A DNA stretch of 64,000 nucleotides from Blastocladiella emersonii ATCC 22665 (taxonomy: Eukaryota; Fungi; Blastocladiomycota), in contig JANHCV010000012.1 in NCBI GenBank assembly GCA_025594325.1, positions 62,001 to 126,000 on the forward strand. The letters are read 5' to 3'. Position numbers and translations under genes: made by a program. Below, piece after piece: positions 12,950 to 29,577 of the stretch (position 1 is its first letter; each line of letters begins with the position of its first letter). The notes below the pieces were generated by a model. It saw only the letters and a program-made list of their open reading frames with translations. It searched no databases and was not told the DNA's origin.

Positions 12950-15900
12950 TCACTCGCTTGAGTAGAACGCGCGGACCGCCTCGGCATCAGCAGCAGCGGC
13001 CTCGCTGATGAGACGGCTAAAGTACCCGCCGCCCGCATCGCCGCTGTCCTGTTGAGCGGGGCGGAGTAGGAGGAGGTCGCGCGGGTGGCCCGACTCAACG
13101 ACGCGGCCACCATCGACGACGATGACCCGGTCGCACCCGAGATCGACAAGCGTGCGTAGGCGGTGCGCGATCGTGATCACCGTCACCGACTCCTTGGCGT
13201 ATATGGCGCGGAACACGCGCCAGAACTGCTCGTCCGAGGCATACTCCATGGACGACGTCGGCTCGTCGCTACGCGATTTCAATCCATCAGCGGGCTGTAG
13301 CGTGAGCGCGTGAGAGAAGGACGTACCACAGAAAGATCTTGGCCCGCTTCTGCCGCGCCGCGACCATGGACCGGAGCAGCGCAATCAGCTGGACCTGGCC
13401 CTGGGACAGATCGCCCGCGCGCTCGAGCTCCGTGTCGAGGCCGAACGGCAGCTGCGCGGAAAACTCGGCGAGCAGGGCGTGCAGCTCCGCGTCGCTGACG
13501 TCGCCCGTCGGGTCGAGCGTGTACCGCAGCGTGCCCTGCAGCAGCACCGCCTCCTGGTTGACGTAGCCCAGCTGCCGGCGGAGGTAGTGCACCGAGAGAT
13601 CGCGCATGTCGACGCCGTCTATGAAGACCGAGCCCGTTGTGTGCGGAAGGGCGCGGAGCAGCGCGGCGAACAGCGTGGACTTGGACGAGCCCGTTCGCCC
13701 AAGTATCGCGACGCGGGCGCCGCACGGGACCGTGAACGACACGTCGCGCAGGACCCAGTGCCACTCTTCCTCGCCCGCGTCCTTCGAGCGCGTGTACGCG
13801 CCGCTCAGGTTGCGCACCTCGATGGGACCCGCAGACGGCCAGCCGGGTACGCGCTCAATGCCGCCGCTCGGCTCGGTGGGAAGCGCCAGATGCTCACCGA
13901 CGCGCTCGACCGACTGCACGTTGGTCTCGACGTTGGCAAGCCCGAGTACCGTGAGGTTGAGCGTCTGCGCAAGGACCAGGACGTAGTTGAGGGCGAGCGC
14001 GGCCCACGGACCGACCCGCTCGGCATCGCCCATGGCGGGTCGAGGAGCCGTAGCCGCCATGATCAGGAAGCCAATGGCAGCGAGGAAGCTGACGACGGCC
14101 ATGATCACGTCGGCGTGCACGAGGTACCACCGCGTGCAACTGACCCGGGCCATAGTAAGCCGCTGCGACGTGGTGAGCCGGTCGAGAGTTGACTGCAGAA
14201 AGTAGGTCTCGCGCGAGAAGGCTCGGATACACGTCGCTGCCATCTGCAGCTCGCCAATCCGCTCGAGAACGGGCGCAAAGTGGGTGCCCTCCATGCGCCG
14301 CATGTCGCGCGACGCGCGGACGTAGATGCGGCTGAGGTGACCAAATACGAGGAGGCCAGGGAGACAGAATAGTAGCACGGCCGGAGAGGCGAGCGCCAGC
14401 GCGGCAATCGAGGTCAAACCGTTGAGTGTCCACCCGAGCGCCACCTTGACGTCGACGGCGAGGTCGCTGTCGATGCTGCCAAAGTCGCGGGATAGCCGCG
14501 TCATGCAGTACGCAATGTTGTCGGCGAACCAGGTCAGCGGGAAGGCGAGCGTACGCCGGACGAGCGCCTGGTGCAGGTCGTGCGAAGCTTGGTGCGCGCC
14601 GTGAAGAAGCAGCCAGTAAGCAACGGCGTGGGCCGCGACGGAAGCGAACTTGAGGGTAGCCATGGCGGTGAGAGCCCAGGTAGTCGAGGACGGAGTCGCG
14701 GACCAGTCCTTGAGGAACACGTCTGCGTTCAGCTGGAGGGCCTGGACCGCAGCGAGGAAAATGAGAGCAGCGAGGCCGCGAGCGTAGCCAAATGACGACA
14801 TGTAGCGGTGGTAGTGGGCAAGCTTGATGGAGCCGGTAGAACGTGACTCTTCGCGACGGACAGGTGCGGCGGAGCCAGGGACTGGGAAGCTCGACTGAGT
14901 TGCATCAGAAACGGCAGAATTAGCCGAATGTGCTGTTTTCTCGGCCTGCTCGATAACGCGGAGAAGGTCGGGTCGGGTAGCCGAAACCTCAGCTGGCGTA
15001 CCGGCTGCAACAACTCGGCCAGAGTCAAGGCACACGACAAGGTCTGCGGCCGACGTGGCAAGCGCGACCGCGTTCGAAGCAAAGATGACCGTCTTGCCAT
15101 ACTTGCGCACGGCCGGAATGAGAGCCTGATGGTACAGGTGATTGGCGGTGATCGTGTCGACCGCGTTCAGGTCCTCGATCAACATCACGTCAGCGTCCGA
15201 GTACAGGGCACGGGCGAGAGCGACACGTTGGCGAGTGCCACCGGAAAGCGTTGAGGGACCGACATGCGTGAGATTGCCGTAAGGAAGAGCATCAATGTCG
15301 GGGCCCAGGGCGCACTGGTCAATGACGCGAGCGAAGCGAGACGCGTCCCAAGAGCGGCCAAACGTGATGTTTTCGCGGAAGGAAGCGTTGAGAATGGAAA
15401 CGGTCTGCTCGACGTAGGCAAGCTTGCGGTCGGGAAACTGGATAGTGCCGCGCGTGAGAGGAAGCTCTACACACGGATCGAACGCGGCTGGTCAGCACAC
15501 TCACACTCTACCAACTTCGCTGCTAGGATGAGCTACTTACCCCCGAGCAACGCCAAAAGCAGGGAACTCTTCCCACTCGCCAGCGGCCCAATTATGACGC
15601 TGAGCTTGCCCAGCGGGAGTGTAAGTGCCGGGATGTCAAGGGTAAACTGAGAGCCCAGCGGGATCTGGACGGAGTCAAACATGATGTTGCCGTTCGGCTC
15701 GCACTTGCGGTGAGGGCCGGGCTGCCGCGAAGCCGTGTGCTGCTGAGACTGGTCAAAGAACTTGGCCAGTCGGCGCCAAGCTATGAAGCCGGCAACCACG
15801 ACGCGGCCATACAGCTCCGGGACCTGGCGCATCGGCCATTCGAGCATGTACAGGAGGAACACACCAGTGAAGACCTGCGATGGTGTGAGAGGTAGAGCCG

Positions 15901-17479
15901 GATTGGCCCACGCGTAGGCGCCAAATGTAATCACCGTGACGGCGACCGGCGTGAGCGTCGCTAGGAGGATCATGGCCGCGTTCCACGCGAGGGCGGATGA
16001 AACGAGACTCAACTCGCTGACGCGTTCTGTTTCAATCTTGGCCTTGAACAACGACTCCCAGACCTGGGCCTTGATGAGGCGGATTGATGCGAGCACCTGG
16101 GACACGAGCGCCAGGCGGCGGTCCGTGTAGCGGCTGGCCTCGCGCTGGCGGGCCTTGACACGTTGAGCAATCGCCATGTTGGCGGGGACCGCGGCCAGGA
16201 CGACGAAGATTGCCGCCGCGACGGGAACGATGCCATAGAGCGCGACGAGGTAAATAAGAGCGTAGACGGCACGCAGCGGGAGGAAGAAGGCCGAAGAACC
16301 GCGGTTGAAGATATCCGTCAGCTTGCGCGCGTCGCCGGCGGCGAGCGAGATGGCGTTCTCCGCGGGGCGGGAGGACTTGAGCAGGCTCTCGGCGACCAGG
16401 GCCGTCATGACCGAGGAGGCGCGCATACCGAGGGCCCGGGACCAAAAGTTACACTGGGTCTCGGCCATGACGCGGATGACGCCTGTCGCGAAAAAGACGA
16501 CGGCCCAGGCGTACCCAATTGCGAGCGACTCCATGCGCTCATGCTGCTGGTTGTCGTAAGACTCGCGGCGATCGAGAAAAGCGAGGAACTGCTGCATCGA
16601 GTAGGCGGTAGCAAAAGGCACGGTGAAGTTGATGAAGCCAAGGCAGAGCGTCAAGCTGGCCTGCCAGCGCATGACCGACATGAAGAGCGTGCGGAACAGC
16701 CCAGAATCCGGATTCGCGGACCGGTAGCGCAGGAAGCGGTCAAAGAGCAGCGTCGGGGACTCGGACTCGAACAGGTCGGGGCAGTCGTCCAGCTCGAGCC
16801 ACTCGACCTGGAGAGCGCGCGCCATGGTCGGCCACGCCCAGCGGAAGGTGACGAGCTCCCACAGCGAGGAAGCGGAGGCGCGCGAGATCGAAGGCTGGTC
16901 AATGAAGCTCGACTGGTGCGCGAAGCCGTGTAGAACAAGCGGAAACGCAAAGATCGCGACGCGGGTCTGGCTTTCCGGCGTGCAATCGGTGAGATAGACC
17001 ACGTCGAGGGCGTCAAAGACCGCGAGCGCAAGCATTCCCACGAGGTAGCCGCCGACCATGAGACTGCACGAGATATGGGCAAAGGCGGGAGTCTCGACCT
17101 GCCGACGGCGCATGTAGACGGAGGCAGCAGCAAGCATCGTCGCGACAATCTACATCAAGCGGTCAGTCATGAAAGCGCGGCTGTGTGCGGTATGGATCCA
17201 CCATACCCAGCCGACAGATTCAGGACTGGCCATTCCGTTGTCGCCGAAGTAGAGCACCGCGACGGCGAGCATCACAGCGACTTGGGCGACACCGAACAGG
17301 GTCTCGAGCATCAAGGGCACGCCCATGCGCCTGGACAAGCGATCCTCGCCCAACACAGGAGCATAGCCCGCGCCGGCCCGAACATCGCGGGACTCGGTCG
17401 CCTTGCGGACGAGCGCGACGAGCGCAAGGGCGACCACCCACAGGATGGGTGGCAGCACGAAGGCGTCACGGACAATCAT
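12950..17479 (-). CDS. ABCC/MRP-type ABC transporter (TMD-NBD-TMD-NBD)
   Basis: NBD1 has GPLASGKSS and LSGGTRQRVALARALY. NBD2 has GRTGSSKST, LSQGQVQL, spliced LCDEPTSS and ITIAHRL. Two multi-TM domains and several short GT-AG introns. Confidence 0.93.
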
Positions 17480-17848
17480 CCTCGAGGCGGTTGTGGGGGA
17501 GAGAAGCGATCCAACGGGCCTCAAGACGAGGTTTTGGGTCTCGCCGACAGCGAACGGGGCTGACTCGGCGGTGCGTCACTTCGGGCGCGGCCGACCCGCC
17601 AACCATGTCGCGACGTCGCGAGCGCCGTCAGGGATCGGCCGAGTGCCTTCCTCGATGTTGCATGGAGCGCGAAGCGTCGGGTGCTGCGAGTCCATGAGCT
17701 GCATGTGTCGTGGAGGGGGCCAGAGGGAGGAGAAGCCGACGAGCGCGGAGAACGTCGAGGTCGGCGTGCATGCAGCCGTCGGTGTCCATCCATCGCGTAC
17801 CATGAATCGTTTGCCCAGCCGCTGAATCTTGATGCAACCTGCCCAACC

Positions 17849-20430
17849 ATGATCCACGAACTGCTGGTTGCCATGTCGGGGTACCCGGGCGACGTGTTCG
17901 TGCCGTCGCCGCCCGCGCCCTTGTCCGCGTCGACATTCGTGGTCCGGCCCGACTTCCCGTACCTGCACCCGGCCGAGCGCGGCGTGCTGAACCGGCTCGC
18001 GCAGCTCGGGTTCTGGGTGCGCGAGCTGACCGACTTTGCCGACCACGAGACGGCCGCGCCGCCGTCGGTCGCCCACGCCGATGCGGCCGCAGAGCGCACC
18101 ACCGGGTACGGCCACGGGTGCTACTCGCACGGGCTCGCGACGGGAGTCCGGCGCGTCGTATCCGACTACCTCGCGCAAGTCGATGCCGCCGAGACGGAGC
18201 TGCTCGGCAGCGCGTCGGGGCTGGGCGACCACGGCGGGCGGACGCCGTGGGCCAAGCTGGCCGCCGATTTCGCGCCCGTGGGGGTGGTCCTCGAGGCCGT
18301 GGTGATGCTGGTGCGCGAGTACCGCGCGCGCCGGCTCGACGAGTACTACGGCGTGCGCGTGCTGGACCTGGTGCTGCCGCGGCTCCTGGACGGCCGCCCG
18401 CCCGTCGCCGCCGCGATGCGCCACCTTGCCCACGCGTGCCTCGCCGTCTTCTTCAAGCACCTCGCGGGTTACCTGCTCCACGCGTCCGCGCACGACCCGT
18501 GGCGCGAGTTCTTTATCGTGCCCGAGACTTCGGCGGCTGGTGACGGTGAGGCGGGCCGCACTGGCGGAAGAGAATACGAGCAGTTCCGCATCGAGTCGGC
18601 GCTGGTCCCGACCGCGCTCGTATCGCCCGCGCTCGCCGAGTCGATCCTGTTCACCGTCACGTCGTCGTACATTGTCCAAAAGTCGCCACGGAGTTCTGGT
18701 ACGCCTTCTCGCGTGTACTCATCGCGAATCGGGCCCCTAACCCGCGGCCAACAGAGCTCATCACGCCGGCAATGTGGCAGAACCAACTACACATCCTGTC
18801 GCGCCTGCTCGACGTGCAGACGGAGCTGCGCCCGCTCGACCTCACCATCGCCATGGACTCGATCCGCCGCGACTACACGCACGCCTTGTGGAAGATCATG
18901 GTCCTGGACGAGAAGATGCTCGACTACCTCGCGGTTCGTGTCCTCCCACTACTCGCTATGAACACACCCACTGAACCGTACCCACCCAACAGGCAATCAA
19001 AACCGTGTACCTGGGCGGCAACGGCGCGTTCCACACCCACTTTCTGTCCCAGGTCGCGCACCTCGAGTCGCGCGCCATCGAGCACGGCGCGGGCGTCGGC
19101 GAGCGCGAGCTCAATTTCGCGCTGCACTCGAGCTACTCGCAGACCACCCCGAGTTCGGGCGCCGACCCGGCGTCCGCCGCGCTCGCGGATATCGTCAAGC
19201 AGTTCCGCTTCACGCTCACCACGGAATCGGACCTGGCGTTTACGCCTTTCCGGCACCTCCCCGTCACCACCCCCTCCTCCTCCGACGAAACCCCCGCGAC
19301 GACGACCGCAACGCTGACGCTCCCGCTGCCGTGGCCCCTTTCGCTCGTCCTGCCTGCGTCGCACCTCGCCGCGTACAACCGCGCGTTCCACGCGCTCTCG
19401 CACCTCCGCCGAGTCCACGCCCGCCTCGTCGCGCTGCACCTCCCGCTGCGCGCCGTCTCGCAGCGGTACCACCACCGCGGCCCGCTGGCCCGCACCGCCT
19501 TTGCGGCATGTACCGCGCGCACCGAGATGCTCGCCGTCCTCGACTCCGTCCTCGGCGCGGCGCATACCGCAATCGAGGCCGCGTACGCGCGGCTCGTGGA
19601 CGTGATCCGCGCCGATACCGAGTCGGGCACCGCGCTCGCGTCGCTCGACGACTGGCGCGCGCACGCCGCGCAGCTCGCGGCGACGGCCGAGGCCGCCGTG
19701 TTTCTCCCTGCGAGCGCGGCGGCGGTGCGGGACGCGCTCGCGCGCGTCGTCGGCGTCGCGGACTTGTTTGCGGGCGTCGTCGAGGCGAGTGTCGGCGAGC
19801 AGCAGGTGCGCGAGTGGGCGTGGGTCGAGGAGAATTCGCGCGACGGGGCACGGCGCGCCGCAGGCGGGACCGCGACGGGTGGGATGGCGGCGGCGAACTC
19901 GGCCGAGACGGAGCGGCGGGTCCGTGCCGCGATGGATGACCGCGACCAGGAGATTCACCGGTTGGCCGAGGTACGTCTGTCGCGCGCTGATACGCGGTGG
20001 GCGGAGACTGACGAAGGGAGTACGTAGGAATTTCACGGCGAAGCACGATTCTTCTACCAGCTGCTCGAGGGCCTGCGCGGGCGCGGCGCAGCGCTGGTCC
20101 AAGACCTGCTGCTGCGGGTACGCACCTTCCCCTCAACCGCTTGCCCCGACCTCACTGACCTCAACGACCGCGTGTATGCAGCTCGACTACAACCGCCACT
20201 GGACACTGGGCCCGCTACGTCAAGCGGGCGGGCGGGTGGTCGAGGGCGCGTTGCTGGACAACGACCCAGACTTTGCGTATGTCGGCCGCGAGCCCGCCAC
20301 CGATCGATGGGCCGCTGACCGCGGCTACGGCCACGCGTGGCCAGCGGGCGACAGCATGGCCATGGCCATGGCCGTGGACGACGTGTGGGCGAGCGAGCTG
20401 AACCAGCGGGTCACGGACGAGGTGTTTTGA
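17849..20430 (+). CDS. GCP4: Gamma-tubulin complex component 4
   Basis: N-terminal MIHELLVAMSGYPGDVF, YLHPAER.LNRLAQLG, spliced IKTVYLGGNGAF and C-terminal LLLRLDYN. Four short introns. Confidence 0.85.
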
Positions 20431-21203
20431 CGACGATGACGAAGAAGAGAAGGTTTCTTATAAATATCCCGAATGATGGTGACACGCGAGTCGCGGGGGG
20501 TATCCCAGAGAAGGAGAAAGGGAGGCCGCCCGCGCGCGCGCTGACGCAAGTCTACGCGACAGCGCACACGGCGAGCGGAGGAGGGAGAGGACTATGGCAC
20601 AAGAGAGGAGCGAGATGTGAGGCGAGCGGATAGAGGGGAAGAGACAAAAACGAGAGTATCCGCGCGGATAGTGCCAATCGGGGAGGGGAGGGTACACCTC
20701 CGAGTTGGTGTCGAGAATCGGGATGGCATAAGAAGAGGAATGGATCACACCAAAAAAAAGTACGCAAGGGGAAAGGGGGGAGGAGAGTGAGGATAATGGC
20801 AGCTAGGGGTGGGGTAGAGGAAAGACGAGTAACTCGTGCGCGCAAGAGGAGCAGGTGCGCGCGGCAGAAAGCTGGCAAAACGATGAAGGAGAGCGTACGG
20901 GGGAGGGGTGATCGAGAGAGAGAGGAACGGAAGAGACAGAGAAACAAAAACCAGACAAAGAGGGAGAGAGAGTCAGGCCCAGGGGGTGAAGGGCGCCACG
21001 AGATGGGGAGGGACAACTCCGTGGCCGCACAACGTTCTCGGTGGGGGGATGGATGGGAGGGAGAGCAGCGAGATACAGGCGGGAGGAACGGTGTAAGAAC
21101 GTGAGGTGCGAGGCAAAAGTTGTCGATGAGCGAGGTACGGGACGCGCCACCCAAGCTGCGGTCCCACGAAGGGAGCACAGGGGCCAAAGCAGCGTCGGCC
21201 GCC

Positions 21204-23405
<2,202 letters not shown>

Positions 23406-23857
23406 GGTGGAGGGTGGGGGAGCGGTGTAGGGTGCGGATCGGGGAGGATGGGAAGAGCGCGGGGGGTGGGAGGGGGCCGGAGGGGGGCCGGAGGGGGGGC
23501 CGGCCGGAGGGGGGAGGGGAGGGCGGGCACGGCGCGCGGCGCGGGGGGGTGCGACTCTCCCACACGCTCCCGCCCGCCGCCCAGCTGGACGCGCCTGGCC
23601 GGACTGACTCGAAATAGAATGGGACTCGCTCACGTGCCGCGACCTGATCGGTTGCCGCTCGAAGGTGACGGGCGTGGCAGGTGCGCCGGCTGTGCGCCAC
23701 CGCGACGCCACACGCCCACTGATTTCAGCCACCGCTTCGTCGTTCATTCCTCCATCATTCCTCTGCTCATCGCAACCCCATGCACTCGTCGCGGAAGCCC
23801 TCGCTCTTGCTCCCGTAGCGCTCACACGGAACTACCCGCAATACCACCACCACCACC

Positions 23858-25521
23858 ATGTCCGGCTACGACCGCCGGGGCCCGCCTCCGGCCGGCAACG
23901 GCAACGGCTACTCGTCGGCCCGCGGCCAATACCCCTCGCAGCAGGGCGGATACGACTCGCGCAGCGGCTACGACCCGCAGTATGACTCGCGCGGCGGCTA
24001 CGACTCGCGGTCCGCCTCGGGCGCCTACGCCAGCGACCGCGGGTACCCGCAGCAGCAGCCGCGGTCGCGCTCGCAGCACCGCGGCGACTACCCGCCCGCC
24101 TCACCCACCTCGTCCTATGGCGGCTATGAGCAGCGCCAGCCCGCGTCCAACGGCTACGCCGCCTCGCGCGCCGCCTACGGCCAGCAGCAGCAGCAGCAGG
24201 GTTACGACCGCCGCGGTCCCGCGCCCGCCAGCATCAACACCCCGCCACCACCCGCCAGCAACGCCGGGAGCGCCGTCGGCGGCCGCGATCGCATGGCCGA
24301 GCTTCGCGTACGTCTCCCCCAAGACCATCGAATTCGGTCCCTGACCCGCACACTAACCGGTCCAGTGAACCATCAGGCGGCCGGCGTCCAGCGGCCCGTC
24401 ACCCACTTTGGCGGCAACAACGCCAAGGAGTCTTCGGGCAACGACGTGACCGACTTTCTCGACGATGTACGTTGTCGCGGTCCCGGTCTCACCAATGGAT
24501 CCCCGACTAACCTTGGCCCAAAACAGGTCGCCGAGCTCGACAAGCTCCTCCGCCGCGTCCGCGACGACCTCGGCTACATCTCCAAGTGCCAGCGCCGCGC
24601 CTTTGACGCCGTCCCCGAGCACCAGGCCCAGGAGAACAAGCGCGAGCTCGAGACCGTCTCCTCGCAGACCAAGAGCACCCTCTCGCAGATCCGCCGCGAG
24701 CTCGACTGTACGCGCTCCTCTCCCTCCTGGTCAAAATTTCTCGCTGACTCGTGCCCGCAAACGTAGCGCTCGACTCGGCCCTCGGCGCGCTGCGCAAGGG
24801 CACCGCCGACTACGTCATGTGCGCCAACCAGCTGACCAACCTCAAGAAAAACTACCAGGCCCAGGTCCAGGAGTTCCACCAGCTCGAGACGGGCTTTGGC
24901 AACGCGCAAAAGGACCGCCTGCTGCGCGAGATGCGCATCGTCAAGGCCGACGCGACCGAGGACGATCTCGAAGAGTACCTCAACTCGGGCGGCCAGGGCG
25001 GCATCTTTGCCCAGCAGGTCCTCCACTCGTCGCGGTACGGCGAGGCGCGCCGCGCGCTGCGCCAGGTCGAGGACCGCCAGGTCGAGATCCTCAAGATCGA
25101 GCAGATGGTCGAGGAGCTCGCGCAGCTGTTCCTGGACCTGTCGATGCTCGTCGAGCAGCAGGACTACACCATCAACCAGATCACCGAGCACGTCGAGGAG
25201 GCGGTCGTCGAGATTGAGCGCGGCGAAAAGGAGGTGACCGAGGCCATCGAGATCCGCAAGAACACGATCAAGTGGCAGTGGTACGCGTGTATCTGCGTCG
25301 TCATCGTCATCATCGTCGTCATCATCTACCTGTTCGTCACGGGCAAGCTCGACTTTATCTTCAACCTTTTTGGCGGGTCCAAGGCCGAGACGGCGACCAC
25401 GGCCACGCCGACGCCGACGCCGACCGCGGCCAAGAGCCTCGTCGCGGCTGCCGCGACGCCTACGCCGACCGTGGCCGGCGCCAAGCCCGCGGCCACGCCA
25501 TCAGCGACGCCGCGCGCGTGA
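23858..25521 (+). CDS. SSO1: Plasma-membrane syntaxin (Sso1/2-like t-SNARE)
   Basis: Habc region, SNARE motif (ARRALRQVEDRQVEILKIEQMVEELAQLFLDLSMLVEQQ) and a C-terminal TM helix (WYACICVVIVIIVVIIYLF). Several introns. Confidence 0.88.
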
Positions 25522-25676
25522 ACCATCCCTCCCTCGCTCCTCCCAATTTTTGTACCATTTGCCCTCCCCTCCACCTTGCTCGCTCTCGCCCCCCATGTAT
25601 TCCCTCCCCCGGGTGCACGCCTCTTAAACCTAGGCTCCAATCGCTCGATATACATTTTACACACAACCATAAAAAA

Positions 25677-26660
25677 TCACTCGATCGGGTCGCCGTACGC
25701 GTTGGTACGCACACCTCCTACTGCGGGACCCGCGACGTTGACGACCTGGCGCGTCGCAGCCCCACGACCCGTCTCGACCTCGACGGCGATACTTCCTGGG
25801 CGCGATGCCGGAGCGGCGGGGTGCGAGCGCAGGTGGACCCACGCCGACTCGTTGGCGGCGCCTGACGCGGGCGCGGCCGAGCGGAACCGGTCCCACGTCG
25901 CGCCGTCCTCTTCGGTCGGCTCGGCGGAAGAAGCGGCCTTGGACAGGTCCGAGCGCGACCGCACGGGCCCGTCGGCGGGCGGCGGACCCGTCTTGCGCAG
26001 CGTGTCCCAGGCCGAGGGGCCGTCGGACGAGCGGCGCAGCGAGTCCCATGCGCTGCTCGTAGGTGCGGCGGGGGTGTCGGGAGTGGCAGTGGGGAGAGGA
26101 GTGGGAGGAGGGGTGGCGGCGGGGCCAGCGGGGGGAAGGCGGTCGAGGATCTCGCGCGGCGGGATGACTTCGCCCTTGAGCTCGGACCTACGTGGAGGGA
26201 CGTAAGCCGTGGTTGGTGATAGTGAGAGTGGGGAAGCGTACTGCAGATCGTTGATGATGTGGCCGAGCTCGCTCTGCGGCATCTGGCGCAGCTCCTTGAC
26301 GCCCTGGTAGACGCTGAAGATGCGTCCGGCCTGGGACCCGAGGAAGGCGCCGGCTACGTGGAGTTGTCAGCGCCGCAACAAGACCCTCAACCCATAAAGC
26401 GTACTGGACGTGATGATGAAGGTCGGGAACAGGCCGAGTCGGCGGTACCGCGCAAAGGCGAGCGACGCGCCGCCCCACCCGACGACGAAGGCGGTCGAGT
26501 AGCCCTGGGCACGCGAGCGGGCGTGCTCGATGATGGAGCGCTCCTCGGGCGTCGGGCGCCACGCGCGCAGCCGGCGCAGGGCGCGCGCGCGCGGGTCCTC
26601 GGAGCCGTCGGGGCGCGGCGGGAAGTCGATGTTGGGCAGTTGCGGCGGGTTCGAGTTCAT
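25677..26660 (-). CDS. OCIA-domain-like (OCIAD1/Asrij-like) membrane protein
   Basis: WRPTPEERSII.., two hydrophobic segments, spliced ..GSQAGRIFS..ELRQMPQSELG, and C-terminal RTNAYGDPIE. These resemble OCIAD1 motifs (PTEEER; N.YGD). Confidence 0.55.
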
Positions 26661-26863
26661 TGCTTTGATGAGGGTTGCTGGGGGAAGAGGGAGGTTGGAT
26701 GGGCCGGCGGGCCGATCGACGTGTTGACGGTGCGAGACACAGAAAGCGCCACGCGTGACCGGAGCGCCGCCGACGCGAGCCGACGCGCCGCTCACTTCCC
26801 CACCTCTCCTCCTATCGACTCAGCCACCCTACCGCCCATGGAACTTTGAGAGAGACTAACTGC

Positions 26864-29373
26864 ATGGAATCGACCACGACGGCCCCCTCCGACCAACCGC
26901 CCCGCCGCGCCAACCGGCTGCTGCAGAGCTACTACGGCACCGTCGCCACTGCCGGCAATGAGGGTGGCTCGACCTCCGCGCTCAACGTCGCCACGGGCGT
27001 TGGCGGCACCGGCACCCTCGACTCGCCCTCGACCCCCAAACGCACCGAGGCGACCGACCCGGACGCGGACGGCTTCGATCCCGATAAGTACCTCAAGATC
27101 CTGCTCAACGAGAAGACGCTGCCGGGCCTGCTCAAGCGCGACAACGACCTGATCGTCGAGATGAAGCAGCTCGACGGCGACCGCAAGACCCTCGTCTACG
27201 AAAACTACTCCAAGCTGATCGACGCCTCCGACACCATCAAGCGCATGCGCGACAAGGTCGAGTCGGTCGAGGCCGAGATGGCCAAGCTGTCGATGCAGGT
27301 CCAGGACATCACCTCGCTCGCCTCCAACCTGCACGGCACCTTCACCCACCGCAAGACCCGCGTCCACGCCCTCAAGAACACCATCTCGCTGCTGCGCCGC
27401 CTCCAGGTCCTCGCCACCCTCCCGCGCCGCCTCGCCCAGTCGCTCAAGGATGGGTCCTACCTGCGCACCGTCCAGTTCTATGCGGCGTCGAAACCGACCC
27501 TCGACCGTTGCCGCCACATCCCGCTCTTTGACCGCGTCGCCGTCGACGCCCAGGCCGCCGTCGCCCTGATCCGCACCACAATCCTCAACGCGCTCAAGAA
27601 CCCCGCGGGGACCCCGCTGCTCATCGAATACCTCAAGGTCCTCATCGCCGTCCGCGAGGACTCGCCCGCTGCCATTCTCGAGCTGTTCCGCGACGGGTAC
27701 CTCATTCGCACTGCCTGTGCCCGACCAGTCCTAACACTCCGCCCCACGTAGCGCGATGCGCATCGTCACCAACAAGATCACCAACGGCGACCACTGGCTC
27801 GCCCACCTGCACTCGCTCGTCGAGCAGGCCGACCGCCTGTTCCGCCCCGCCCCCGACTCGCCCGACGCTCCACCCTCGCCCTCACCCACACCCACCTCCC
27901 CGAACGCCATCTTCACCCTCGCCGTGTCCCCCGACGACCTCGCCCTCGTCAGCGACACCCTCGACGCGGTGGTCCGCGACGCGTTCGCGGCATGGGACCG
28001 CGCCGCGTCCATTTCGCGCACCTCGCTCGGCGCCCACGTCGCCGCCCACCGCGACCTGCGCGCGACGCTCGAAACCGTCCCGCGCATCGCGCACCTCGTC
28101 CGCGCCGCGTCCGACGCCGCGATCGCCGCCCACATTGCCGCCGCGCTCGATGCCGCCATCACGGGAGCTGTCGCTGCGGTCCACGCGGCCCTCGACGCAG
28201 CCAACCCCGAGGCCGCCGGGTCCGCCATGCACGCCGCCGTCACGGGCATGTACGGGCAGATGGAGGCCCTCGTGGCCGCCGTCGCCGCGGCGTCGGAGTC
28301 AGAAGCGGCGGTGCGCGACCGGTCGGCGCCCGTGTGGGCGGACCTCGACGCGGCGGTCCCGCGGTTCATGGACCGCGCCCTCGCGGCGCGCGAGTCTACC
28401 TCGTCATCGGACCTCGCGCAGCTCGTCCAGGTGCGCCTCGCGCAGATGGTCGGCGACGGGTCGCTCAACGCGGCGCTCGACCGGTTCCCTTCGCTCCTCG
28501 GGCTCGCGACCGACGCGGCGGCCGCCGAGGACTACGTCGCGCACGCCACGAGCATTGCGCGGGACCGCGCGGCGGCGTCGCTCGCGCAGTTTTTGGCGGG
28601 AAAAATCCGCGTCCTCGAGGCCACCGTCGCCGGCAACATGCGGGCGGCGTGCGGCGGGATGCACGCGCCGCACCCGCGCGGGGTGTCGCCCGCGTGGATT
28701 GCCACGATGCAGGGGCTCGGCGAACTCGCGGGGACCGTCGCACGGCTGTTCCCGGAACCGGCGCTGCGGGATTCCGCGAGCGCGGACGCCGACAGCGTGC
28801 GCAGCGTGCGCCGCGCGCACCGCGCGACCGGGAGTTATTCCGGCAGCTCGCTCGCGTCGCTGGCGCAGGTCACGGGAAGCGGTGGGAGCGGGAGCGGCGG
28901 CGCGGGGCGGTACTCGCCGACGGCCAGCATGACGCCGGCGGACCGCGCGGCGCTCGCGGGCGTCACCAAGCTGTTCTCGGAGCGCATCGCCTTCTACCCG
29001 ACCGCAGCGGGCGAGATCGACGGCGACCGCGCGGCTATCACGGCGGTCCTGCTGCGCGTCGTCGCCAAGGCGTGGGTCGAGGGCGTCCGCCGCGAGACGC
29101 TCGGCAAGAACGGGTTCCAGCAGCTCCTCGTCGACGTCGAGTACGCGCGCATCCAGCTGCGCGCCATGGGCGCCGTTGCGGTTGACCGCGCGACCACCGA
29201 TCTACTCGACGAGGTCGTCACGTCCGCGTACCGCCGGTGCGTCGAGCCAGTGTTCTTGTCCCGAGATGTACGTATACTGGCCCTGGGAGGGGATGGTGGA
29301 GGCTGACGGCTCGGTGTAGGCGATCTCGGCGGTCCTCGGGGCGTCGGATGTCGGCGAGCAGGAGGGCGAGTAG
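26864..29373 (+). CDS. VPS51: GARP complex subunit Vps51
   Basis: FDPDKYLKILLNEKTL..LL..DN.L..EMKQLDGDRKTLVYENYSKLIDASDTIKRM. C-terminal VRRETLGKNGFQQLLVDVEY. Confidence 0.9.
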
Positions 29374-29577
29374 TACCGATACTGCGTTGAATGGATTCTA
29401 TCTTTGCTTCTCGTATGTCTGGTAGTGAGTGATGATGCGCAGGGTGATGGTCGCTCGCTCGGCCAGTCGCGTCGGCGCGCGTGCGGCAGCCACGGCGTGA
29501 CCGTCGGACGCTCCCGTTCCCTCTCCCTCCCAAGAACGCCCGCTCTACGAACTCGTTATCCACACCGACTTGCTGCA

